Source: Promethearchaeia archaeon (GTDB lineage: Archaea; Asgardarchaeota; Lokiarchaeia; Sigyniarchaeales; SOKP01). From it: a stretch of DNA of 32,000 bases. Positions within the stretch are counted from its first letter, which is position 1. Every line of letters begins with the position of its first letter. Below are positions 19,207 through 27,444 of the stretch, piece by piece. Both the position numbers and the translations under genes were made by a program. Under the pieces are notes generated by a model that saw only the letters and a program-made list of their open reading frames with translations, did not search any database and was not told the DNA's origin. The DNA lies in NCBI GenBank assembly GCA_046497275.1, contig JAWOFX010000033.1:1-32000 (forward strand). The letters run 5' to 3'.

Positions 19207-19310
19207 TTTAATAGAGCATACTACCTTAGTTTAATTGTAATACGAGAAAAATATATCATTTAATATAATCAGATTAAAATTATTAATTAATTAAAAAGGA
19301 CTCTTATAAA

Positions 19311-20609
19311 ATGCCGAAAATAGATTTTTATATCGGAGAGGCATTGATTGGAGACGCACCCAACTTGGCCCATGTAGATGTCATGGTGGGTTCAAAAGAA
19401 GGTCCTGTGGGATATGCGTTTTCTCAAAGCCTTAGTCAACCTTCGATAGGACATGGCAGTTTACTTGCTGTTATTCGCCCTAATTTAGTTCCAAAACCTC
19501 AAACGTTGATAATTCCTAAAGTTACAATTAAGAAAATGGATGAGGCTAATAAGATTTTCGGACCCGCACAATCAGCAGTTGCGAAGGCAGTTGCTGATGC
19601 TGTTGAGGAAGGAATTATCCCGATGGATAAATTAGATGATTGGGTAATAATTGTAAATGTATTTATTCATCCCGAAGGGGATGATTATAGAAAAATCTAC
19701 CAATATAATTATGGTGCGGTAAAATTGGCACTGAAAAGAGCATTACAGAATTATCCTCCTATTGAGAAAATTTTCTATGATAAAGACAGAGCAAAGCATC
19801 CTGTAGCTGGAATTAAAGCTCCTAAATTATGGAGACCTCCTTATCTTCAAGTTGCTCTTGATCATCCCTCAATAGAACATCAAAGTAAAGTTGTAGAAAA
19901 GCTTCCTAAAAGTGACAGGTTAATTTTAGAAGTAGGTACTCCTTTTCTGAAAAAGTATGGTATGGATGCTGTTAGTAAAGTACGAGAATTAGAACCAAAT
20001 AAATATATAGTCGCAGATCTCAAAACTTTAGATGTGGGAAAACTTGAGGTAGATGATGCATTTAATGCAGGAGCCGATGGAGTTGTATGTAGTGGTTTAG
20101 CCTCGCCTGCCTCCATTGATAAATTTCTTTTAGAAGCGGAGAGATTAGGGATTGATGGAATCATCGACATGATGGAGGTCCAAGATCCTGTGGAAAAATT
20201 AAAAGCTCTTAAGCAAATCCCTCGAGTAGTAATTCTTCATCGTGGTATTGATACTGAACAATCAACAGAATCTTCTGGAACGGATGAAGCACAATTGAAA
20301 AAATGGGGTTTTGTTCCGAGGATTAAAGAACTATACGCAAATAAGAAACTCGCCAGTGGAAGAGACCGTGTATTAGTTGCGGTTGCTGGAGGAATTACAC
20401 ATGAAACAGCTGAAGATGCCTTATCAATGGGTGCTGATATCCTTATTGTTGGTCGATTTATCACTTCTAGTAAAGATATTAAAAATTCAGCGAGAAGGAT
20501 AATAAATGCGCTTCCTGGTTATTCTGATATCGATTTAAAGCGCATTCATAGTGAAGACGATGATTTAGAAGCCTTAGAAAAACAATTAGAAGAGAACGAC
20601 AGCAAGTAA
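19311..20609 (+). CDS. fae-hps: Bifunctional formaldehyde-activating enzyme / 3-hexulose-6-phosphate synthase
   Basis: Fae: IGEAL.G...[29 protein letters not shown]. Hps: [35 protein letters not shown]. Confidence 0.93.
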   Translation: MPKIDFYIGEALIGDAPNLAHVDVMVGSKEGPVGYAFSQSLSQPSIGHGSLLAVIRPNLVPKPQTLIIPKVTIKKMDEANKIFGPAQSAVAKAVADAVEEGIIPMDKLDDWVIIVNVFIHPEGDDYRKIYQYNYGAVKLALKRALQNYPPIEKIFYDKDRAKHPVAGIKAPKLWRPPYLQVALDHPSIEHQSKVVEKLPKSDRLILEVGTPFLKKYGMDAVSKVRELEPNKYIVADLKTLDVGKLEVDDAFNAGADGVVCSGLASPASIDKFLLEAERLGIDGIIDMMEVQDPVEKLKALKQIPRVVILHRGIDTEQSTESSGTDEAQLKKWGFVPRIKELYANKKLASGRDRVLVAVAGGITHETAEDALSMGADILIVGRFITSSKDIKNSARRIINALPGYSDIDLKRIHSEDDDLEALEKQLEENDSK

Positions 20610-20623
20610 ACCGAAATAAAACA

Positions 20624-20642
20624 TTTTTTCTTCCTCTTTTTT
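20624..20642 (+). terminator. Pyrimidine/oligo-T tract after fae-hps (putative archaeal terminator)
   Basis: TTTTTTCTTCCTCTTTTTT 14 nt after the stop; a mirror T-tract on the minus strand (20731-20760) follows the convergent gene. Confidence 0.4.
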
Positions 20643-20763
20643 AAACTTAGATTTAATATACTCTTTATTTGTTCTTCAATAATTTTACAAATGAGTAGGA
20701 AGATTAGCATTTTTATTGAGTGAGAAATCTAAAAAATATAAAAAAGAAAAATAATAAAAAATT

Positions 20764-23031
20764 CTATTTTATTGGTCTTGAATTTGCTTGGAAGATGGGG
20801 CCGATGAAACTGCTGTACAATTTTGCGTAAGCCTCCTGATTGCTAATAATACTAATCATGTCAGTCTCTTTATCTGTAAATGGACATATAATAACCTCCT
20901 CAGCATCGCGAGTGACTGCATAATAGTCCCCTTGTTGTGCCAATTGTCGGAATTGAATATTTCCCAATTGCTTCATTTTTCCGATTATATTACCATATTG
21001 TCCCATATCAAAATTACTCGTAAGCATGAATCTAGCGGCTTTTTTCTGAAATGCATATTCAGATATAACTTGGAGTACATCCGGAACTGGAACTGGAGTT
21101 ACAATAATTATAGACGATTTTGTTCGATATACTGCATCCTTTATCGCCGAGATCAACGCGTGCTTGCCTACTGTATGCCAAGTGGTAATTTTTGATATTT
21201 CTGGAATTGATTTAGATGCTTGAAAAATATCCATTACTTTCTCCTCATTCACTTCTCCTTTTTCTGTTGCATCATCAATTGAATTCATGAATTCTAACGT
21301 AAAATCCGCAATAGCATCTTTAATATTTTGGGTAGTCGCTTTTGTAGTGTCAGAAAGGCTGTTTTGTAATTTTGTTGCGTTATCCTTATATTTTGACTTG
21401 TGATCTTCAAGCATATTACCTAAATTTGAATTTAATTCCTTAGATTCATTATCCCATTCTGCAATATGCCCATTTATTTTATCCGATACATTTTTTTTTG
21501 CATCGCTGAATTTATAATCAACATCTTTAGTCCATGTTTCATTTTGGAGTTTAATTTCTTTATCAAATTCAGTATAATGCCCCAAACTGCCCTCTTGATG
21601 GCGATTAATAGCTTCATCATATTTTCGATGATGCTCAGCAAAAGATTTCTCAACAGAGTCCTTTAATTTAATAGTGGTATCAGAACAATCATCAATTCCA
21701 GATTTAAACGTATCATCAATTTCCACTGTAAGATCAGAAGCTAAATTCTCAAGTTGGATATCAACTTTTTCCTGTGCTTCTTGATTTAGCTCTGTTGTTT
21801 CTCCTGATAATTTATTGTTTTCATTTGAAATAATTTCAGTCAGTTCGCTTTTCACTTCATCAGTAGTACTTTTGTCGGTTGTTATGAACCCTTCACTTTC
21901 ATTAACAAAATCCTCTTTTAAAGGTTTAGAATAAGTAAGAATATCTTCTCTTACTTGAGCATAACGGGCTTTATATTTTTTATGTTGCCCAAATAGTAAT
22001 GCTTTAAAAGCAGATCCTCTACTTGCTAAATCATCAGATAAATCAGTAAAACGACCAGAAATCTCTAATAAGTTTTCTATTAATTGAACCGTTTTATTTT
22101 TAAAATCTGTTGTTTGCTTATCAACTTCTGCATGTTTCTTATTAAAAGTTGCTTTCAAATCTTCTTGCAAGACATCAGTTGTATTTTTCAGATGATTAAT
22201 ATGGCGAGTTAATAAGGTATCTATCTTATCTTTTAATTCATTGACAATCTTGTCCATCCTATCAAGATATTTTTCAAGAATCATTTCCGTTTTGGGTTTA
22301 AGCTCATTCGCTGTGGTTTTATGACGTTCTACGTGTCCATCCAAATCTTTCTTTATTTCTGTTTCTAACCCACTAATCCTATTTGAAAAATCATCTAAAA
22401 GATCTGATATGATGCCTTTTAAGTTATTTTTTGTCTGATTAATTTCATTCTCATTATTCTGCACAAAAGATTCTGAAATGTTTTTCAAATCTGTATTTAA
22501 AGAATTCATTATAGAATGAATATTAGACTCAAGATTCTTTTCTGTGTTTGTGAATCTCTCCTTAGCTCCGTTTATCCTATTTTCTTTATTTGTATTTTTA
22601 ACGTCAGAATCTTCAAAGAAACTATTAATTTGTGAACTTACTGCATTTTCCACTTTTCCAATACTCTGATTTTGAATTCCTTCAAGTTTTTCAAAACGAT
22701 TAGATTGATCTGTGAGTACTCTATCCTTAATATCAGCGATTTCTTCTCTAAATGTCTCGGACTCATTAATAAATAATTCAAAAAATGGCTCAAGAGGAAT
22801 ATATCTCGTTACAACTCCTTCAACTTCCTTAAGGAACCCCTTATCTACGAGTTTATTGGTAATCTCGACAACCCTTTCAAATTCTATTGCATTTTCATCT
22901 TCTTCTTCGAAGGAAAAATATACCTCTGAAACTGTCGCGCGAGGAACCCTAAGGTAAACTAAATAAATTTTTATATCATCTTCATCAAGACCATATCTTG
23001 TGAAGATTTTTTTTGTAAATTCTTTCAACAT
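20764..23031 (-). CDS. TrmB-like protein: N-terminal wHTH, ~520-aa hendecad helical region, C-terminal TrmB effector (PLD-like) domain
   Basis: N-term YGLDEDDIKIYL...ATVSEV...LVDKGFL...RYIPLEP. C-term TWHTVGKHALISAIKDAVYRTKSSIIIVTP...RDAEEVII. GGAG SD-like sequence upstream. Confidence 0.65.
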   Translation of the reverse strand: MLKEFTKKIFTRYGLDEDDIKIYLVYLRVPRATVSEVYFSFEEEDENAIEFERVVEITNKLVDKGFLKEVEGVVTRYIPLEPFFELFINESETFREEIADIKDRVLTDQSNRFEKLEGIQNQSIGKVENAVSSQINSFFEDSDVKNTNKENRINGAKERFTNTEKNLESNIHSIMNSLNTDLKNISESFVQNNENEINQTKNNLKGIISDLLDDFSNRISGLETEIKKDLDGHVERHKTTANELKPKTEMILEKYLDRMDKIVNELKDKIDTLLTRHINHLKNTTDVLQEDLKATFNKKHAEVDKQTTDFKNKTVQLIENLLEISGRFTDLSDDLASRGSAFKALLFGQHKKYKARYAQVREDILTYSKPLKEDFVNESEGFITTDKSTTDEVKSELTEIISNENNKLSGETTELNQEAQEKVDIQLENLASDLTVEIDDTFKSGIDDCSDTTIKLKDSVEKSFAEHHRKYDEAINRHQEGSLGHYTEFDKEIKLQNETWTKDVDYKFSDAKKNVSDKINGHIAEWDNESKELNSNLGNMLEDHKSKYKDNATKLQNSLSDTTKATTQNIKDAIADFTLEFMNSIDDATEKGEVNEEKVMDIFQASKSIPEISKITTWHTVGKHALISAIKDAVYRTKSSIIIVTPVPVPDVLQVISEYAFQKKAARFMLTSNFDMGQYGNIIGKMKQLGNIQFRQLAQQGDYYAVTRDAEEVIICPFTDKETDMISIISNQEAYAKLYSSFIGPIFQANSRPIK
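21247..21642 (-). repeat. Protein-level hendecad repeats, residues 464-595
   Basis: 12 consecutive 11-mers, e.g. FSDAKKNVSDK/INGHIAEWDNE/SKELNSNLGNM/LEDHKSKYKDN/ATKLQNSLSDT. Confidence 0.65.
22048..22509 (-). repeat. Protein-level 11-residue (hendecad) repeats, residues 175-328 of the 755-aa protein
   Basis: 14 consecutive 11-mers, e.g. LDGHVERHKTT/ANELKPKTEMI/LEKYLDRMDKI/VNELKDKIDTL/LTRHINHLKNT, with hydrophobic residues favoured at positions 1, 4/5 and 8. Confidence 0.7.
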
Positions 23032-23252
23032 AGAAATTCTCCGTCCTTCTAATTAAAATATACTATGAATATTATAAATACTGAATGATTTTTAATTATT
23101 TATTTATTAATATTTTCACTTAAAAATTTAATTTTGCCATAAAATATTCAATTTATATTCTTATAAATCGATTAATTTAATCCGATAAATTCTTCATTAT
23201 AAAAGGTAAATATTGGACTAAATTCAGAAGAAATTGGCAAAGCGAATGATCA

Positions 23253-24548
23253 TTAGATTTTAATAGTAAAATTATCAAACATTTGGAGATCTCCATATGT
23301 ACTATTAATAATTGGCATTCCCCATGCCTCTAATGAAATGATAGTGTGAGTTGTTTGCTGTATTATTTCCAAAAAACAAAAATGATGAATCTTTTCGGCT
23401 CGTGCTATATAATCATAATCATAGGTATCATAAAGAGGAGCTCCTGCTCCTCCGGATACAATATAAATCGGATCATAGAGATATTCATAATTATATTTAT
23501 CTGAATCATCAAATGTATAATTCTCAGGATCCAAACTTGATTGATTAATTATTGGATAAGATCTTTCATAATGATGATTATGTCCGGAAAATACACAAGT
23601 GACATTGTATTTTTGAAATAATGGAGGCCAATCCGTCCTATGATATATTTCAGATCGGGTTGATAATAGTGGATGATGAAGGAATACGAAATTGATTTCG
23701 TTCTCTTTAGAATATTCGTATAGTGTTTTATTTAACCAATCAGTCTGATTATCTTCTTGATATAAATCATAATATCCATTTGAATTCAAAATAACAAATC
23801 CACAATTGCCAAAGACAAAAGAATAATATCGCTTATAATCTATAAATCCAGGATATAAATTATCATACATTAAGCTACTTAGATCACCTCTTTCATGATT
23901 ACCTTCTAAAAATAAAGCAATATTATGGGAATATAACTCTTCCACATTTTCGAAATAAGTATTCCATTGAGCTTGAAATCGTCCATCAGCAACAATATCT
24001 CCCGAATGAAATGAAAAATCAGAATATTGCTCTAAAGAAAAATTATTCATTCTATTTGCTAAGGCAGTTCTATCTTCCACTTCTGTTCTTGAATCTCCAT
24101 ACACCGAAAAGCTAAAATTTTTGATATCTGTTTTATTTGGTAAGGATTTAAAAAATAAAACCTCTCTATAATTATATTTGTCAGACCTTATTCTGTAAAA
24201 ATAAGTAGAATTGGGAATTAAATCATTCAAGATAACAGCATAAGTGTGTGTATTTTGAATATTAAAATATAAAGCATTACAGGTTTTATTAATGGATAAA
24301 TCCTCATCTAAAGAATACTCCACCAATGGGTCAGTAGCATTTTTTTCTGTATACCATGAAAGAATAATAGTCCCATTAAGGTTTTGAAAAGTAGTTAATC
24401 TAATGCCTTTTGGAGTAAGTTCATCTTCTTTATAATTAGAATCATCATCTCCATCATTATTTAAACTCTGTGGAATGAGAATGAATAAATAACTCAATAT
24501 TAAGAAAAGCAGAATAATGAATCCTATAAGAGTCTTTTTATTTCTCAT
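23253..24548 (-). CDS. Membrane-anchored metallophosphoesterase (purple acid phosphatase-like with FN3-type N-domain)
   Basis: N-terminal TM helix; LSWYT...L.PNSTYFYRI; YGDSR, SGDIV, GNHE, FLHHP, SGHNHHYER, SGGAGA. Confidence 0.85.
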   Translation of the reverse strand: MRNKKTLIGFIILLFLILSYLFILIPQSLNNDGDDDSNYKEDELTPKGIRLTTFQNLNGTIILSWYTEKNATDPLVEYSLDEDLSINKTCNALYFNIQNTHTYAVILNDLIPNSTYFYRIRSDKYNYREVLFFKSLPNKTDIKNFSFSVYGDSRTEVEDRTALANRMNNFSLEQYSDFSFHSGDIVADGRFQAQWNTYFENVEELYSHNIALFLEGNHERGDLSSLMYDNLYPGFIDYKRYYSFVFGNCGFVILNSNGYYDLYQEDNQTDWLNKTLYEYSKENEINFVFLHHPLLSTRSEIYHRTDWPPLFQKYNVTCVFSGHNHHYERSYPIINQSSLDPENYTFDDSDKYNYEYLYDPIYIVSGGAGAPLYDTYDYDYIARAEKIHHFCFLEIIQQTTHTIISLEAWGMPIINSTYGDLQMFDNFTIKI

Positions 24549-24644
24549 TCTATTATTGTATTAGTTTGGCTAATATAAAAATTAAATTGAAATTCTCATA
24601 AGATAATAAAATTGATTCAACCTAAATTTATAAATTGAAAAATT

Positions 24645-26558
24645 TTAATAAAAAAGGTTATCTATTTGTTCTTTTAACTTTTGTGGTGGAAATTTTGGCT
24701 CTCTTTCAATAGTCAGTAATCCATTTATTTCTTGAAATTGATCATAAAGTTCTGTATAACAAATTCCATTTATATATTCTTTTCTTTTGTCAAATTCTTT
24801 TAAAAGGTTTACAACTCGATTAAGTAGATCTTTAGGAGATTCTACTTTTCCATACCCAACTGCTTTATCGATATTATTATGTAAATCTAAATGAAATCCA
24901 CCTATTTCACTATATATGATAGGTTCGTTTTGATAATCAAAATCTTCTAAATAAATTGCACTTTCATATGCCTCAGGATACTTCATCTCAATTTCTTCAT
25001 TAAAATCTTTAGGTAATAGATTTGAATCGTGATAGAAATGTTTAGTACATAAATCAGTTTTAGCATGAAACCAACCATCATCATCTATTACTAAACGAGT
25101 TGAATCTAGTGATTTCACCAGATAATACATGGAGAGGGTGTAATGCATTTTTTTTATATCCGAATTGGCCCCTGGAACGCCCCACCCTTCATTAAATATT
25201 GTCCATGCAATAATTGAGGGATGATTATAATCTCTTTCAATCATTTGGATATATTCATTAATAAATCGTTCTTGTGCTTTTATAGAGAATGTGTATGGTG
25301 CACCTAACTCACTCCATATTAAAACTCCTTTTTTATCACACCAATATAAAAATCTTGGATCAAATGCTTTTTGATGTGTTCGTAATCCATTAAAACCAAA
25401 ATCTTTGATAAATTCTATATCTTTTTTAAAGGCTTCATCTGAAGGCGCTGTATAAAGCCCATCCGACCAATATCCTTGAACTAAGAATAACTTTTGATAG
25501 ATTGGTTTTTTATTAAGTAAAACTACTTTATTTTTGGTAGTTACATTCCTGTTGGATTTGCTTATTTTTATGACATTATCGGAGATTGATATTTCTCTCA
25601 TGCCAAAATAAGATCTAATTTTATCGTATCTTTCTCCCGTTTCTTTATTATAGATCGTTAAAATAAGGTCATAAAGGAAAGGATGTTCAATATTCCATAG
25701 ATTTAATTGTTCTTCGGGAATTTTCATTTTAAATTTAAAAGAGTTAAGAGGATATACTTTTAATAATCTCTCTTCTAATCCTAAATCCATTTCCACTAAA
25801 TTTCTTCTTTTACGTTTCTTCTCAATCTTTCCTAAAAAGTCTAATTTTGTTTGATATTCTGAAATTCTCTTATCCTCATTCTCAATAAAAGCTTTTATCC
25901 GAAGATTTTGATTGCCTTTACCAGACACTTGACATTCGATTATTATTGATGAATCACCTATATTAGGAGTTATTTTAATATCTTTAATATAATATTCATT
26001 ATTCACAAATTCAAGCCAGACTGTTTGCCAAATCCCAGATACTCTTGGGTAAAATATTAATTTAGGCTCTTTTTCCCAATATTGTTTTCCTCTTGGAATT
26101 TCATTATCTATACTCGGATCTTCTGCTCTCAGTACAATTATATTTTCTTTTTCAGCAAAATTTGTGATATCACAAGTAAATGGAGTATACCCTCCATCAT
26201 GGGACCCTACAAACTCTCCGTTTATATAAGCTTTAGCGGAATAATCTACAGCACCAAAATGGAGAAGGATTCTTTTATGAAGAATATCTTCCACTAATGT
26301 GAATTTTCTACAATACCATACTACATCATGAAAAGAATTATCATTAATACCACTTAATTTGCTTTGAAAACAAAAGGGAACCGTGATCTCTTCATTAAAT
26401 ACTTCAAGTTTTTGTTTTCGATACCATTCCTCTTTTAGACCTTCATTATTATCATCAAAAGCGAATTTCCATATTCCATTAAGATTTATCCAATTATTTT
26501 TTCGAACTAATTGCGGTCTTGGATATTCTGGTCTTGGAATATTTTCATTTTTGACCAT
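24645..26558 (-). CDS. Glycoside hydrolase family 2
   Basis: PRPEYPRPQ, LNG.W.F, LHFGAVDY, GFNG.R.HQK, NHPSII.W..FNE (acid/base), SEIGG (nucleophile). Start set at ATG 26558. Confidence 0.9.
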   Translation of the reverse strand: MVKNENIPRPEYPRPQLVRKNNWINLNGIWKFAFDDNNEGLKEEWYRKQKLEVFNEEITVPFCFQSKLSGINDNSFHDVVWYCRKFTLVEDILHKRILLHFGAVDYSAKAYINGEFVGSHDGGYTPFTCDITNFAEKENIIVLRAEDPSIDNEIPRGKQYWEKEPKLIFYPRVSGIWQTVWLEFVNNEYYIKDIKITPNIGDSSIIIECQVSGKGNQNLRIKAFIENEDKRISEYQTKLDFLGKIEKKRKRRNLVEMDLGLEERLLKVYPLNSFKFKMKIPEEQLNLWNIEHPFLYDLILTIYNKETGERYDKIRSYFGMREISISDNVIKISKSNRNVTTKNKVVLLNKKPIYQKLFLVQGYWSDGLYTAPSDEAFKKDIEFIKDFGFNGLRTHQKAFDPRFLYWCDKKGVLIWSELGAPYTFSIKAQERFINEYIQMIERDYNHPSIIAWTIFNEGWGVPGANSDIKKMHYTLSMYYLVKSLDSTRLVIDDDGWFHAKTDLCTKHFYHDSNLLPKDFNEEIEMKYPEAYESAIYLEDFDYQNEPIIYSEIGGFHLDLHNNIDKAVGYGKVESPKDLLNRVVNLLKEFDKRKEYINGICYTELYDQFQEINGLLTIEREPKFPPQKLKEQIDNLFY

Positions 26559-26692
26559 GATAAAAGTAAATGAATGGATCAATTAAAGTATATTAAATTT
26601 TGAAATATTTGTTTAATGGGAAACTTTATCCCTCATTTTTTAAAAAGGAAATTAAACTTTTTACTCTTAGAACAACTTTAGGTTGAAAAAAA

Positions 26693-27361
26693 ATGAAAAA
26701 AACTAATAAAATCTTTATGGTTGCTTTTGCCACTTTTTTGATTTTGGCATGGATAGGTTCTCCATTAATTGTAGCGGCACAAGATCCAATGACTTCTCGG
26801 AATTACGAAATCGCATCCGGTGAAACTTATGAAAATGGAAACATTACTCGAATAAGGGTAAGAAATCAACTTAACCAATTTAACATTTCAGGAGTGATTC
26901 AATGGGAAGGAAAAATAGGAGAGAAAGATTTCATCATAGAAGTTACAGATACCTCTGGAGATATGGAAATGAATATGACATGCAACGAAGAACAAGAAGA
27001 ATTAGGATTATTAATGGGAAATAGATACACTATTAGAAATCGAAATCGTTATAGATATCAAGAAGGATTCGCTGTAAATTTAAGTTGTAACTGTTCTGAG
27101 ATTCAAGCAAGATTGAGAATTAAAGCTACTAATCAAAATCGAAATGGAGAATGGGCATTTTATAACGGAGATAATGAACAATGGGAGACTGTTTCAACAA
27201 GCAATGTAGATGGTTATTTAACTGCTACAACGGATCATTTCTCTGTTTGGACAATATTGATTCCTGAAACAAACTTTACTTTATGGATTATTCTTGGCGG
27301 TTCTGTTGCAGCCGTTGCAGCTTTAGGAATTGTAGTTTATCTTTATAAGAGAAAGAGATAA
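26693..27361 (+). CDS. Type I membrane surface protein with a GPS/GAIN-like autoproteolysis motif (H182-F183-S184)
   Basis: Signal peptide, beta-rich ectodomain with N-glycosylation sequons, WAFYN...WETVST...TATTDHFSVWTIL, C-terminal TM helix and KRKR tail. Confidence 0.65.
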   Translation: MKKTNKIFMVAFATFLILAWIGSPLIVAAQDPMTSRNYEIASGETYENGNITRIRVRNQLNQFNISGVIQWEGKIGEKDFIIEVTDTSGDMEMNMTCNEEQEELGLLMGNRYTIRNRNRYRYQEGFAVNLSCNCSEIQARLRIKATNQNRNGEWAFYNGDNEQWETVSTSNVDGYLTATTDHFSVWTILIPETNFTLWIILGGSVAAVAALGIVVYLYKRKR

Positions 27362-27444
27362 AAGTGGCTTCTAATTTAACGAAAATATTATTTATTTTTT
27401 TTATTTTTTATATATTATAAACATAAATAAATCTAAGGATAACT

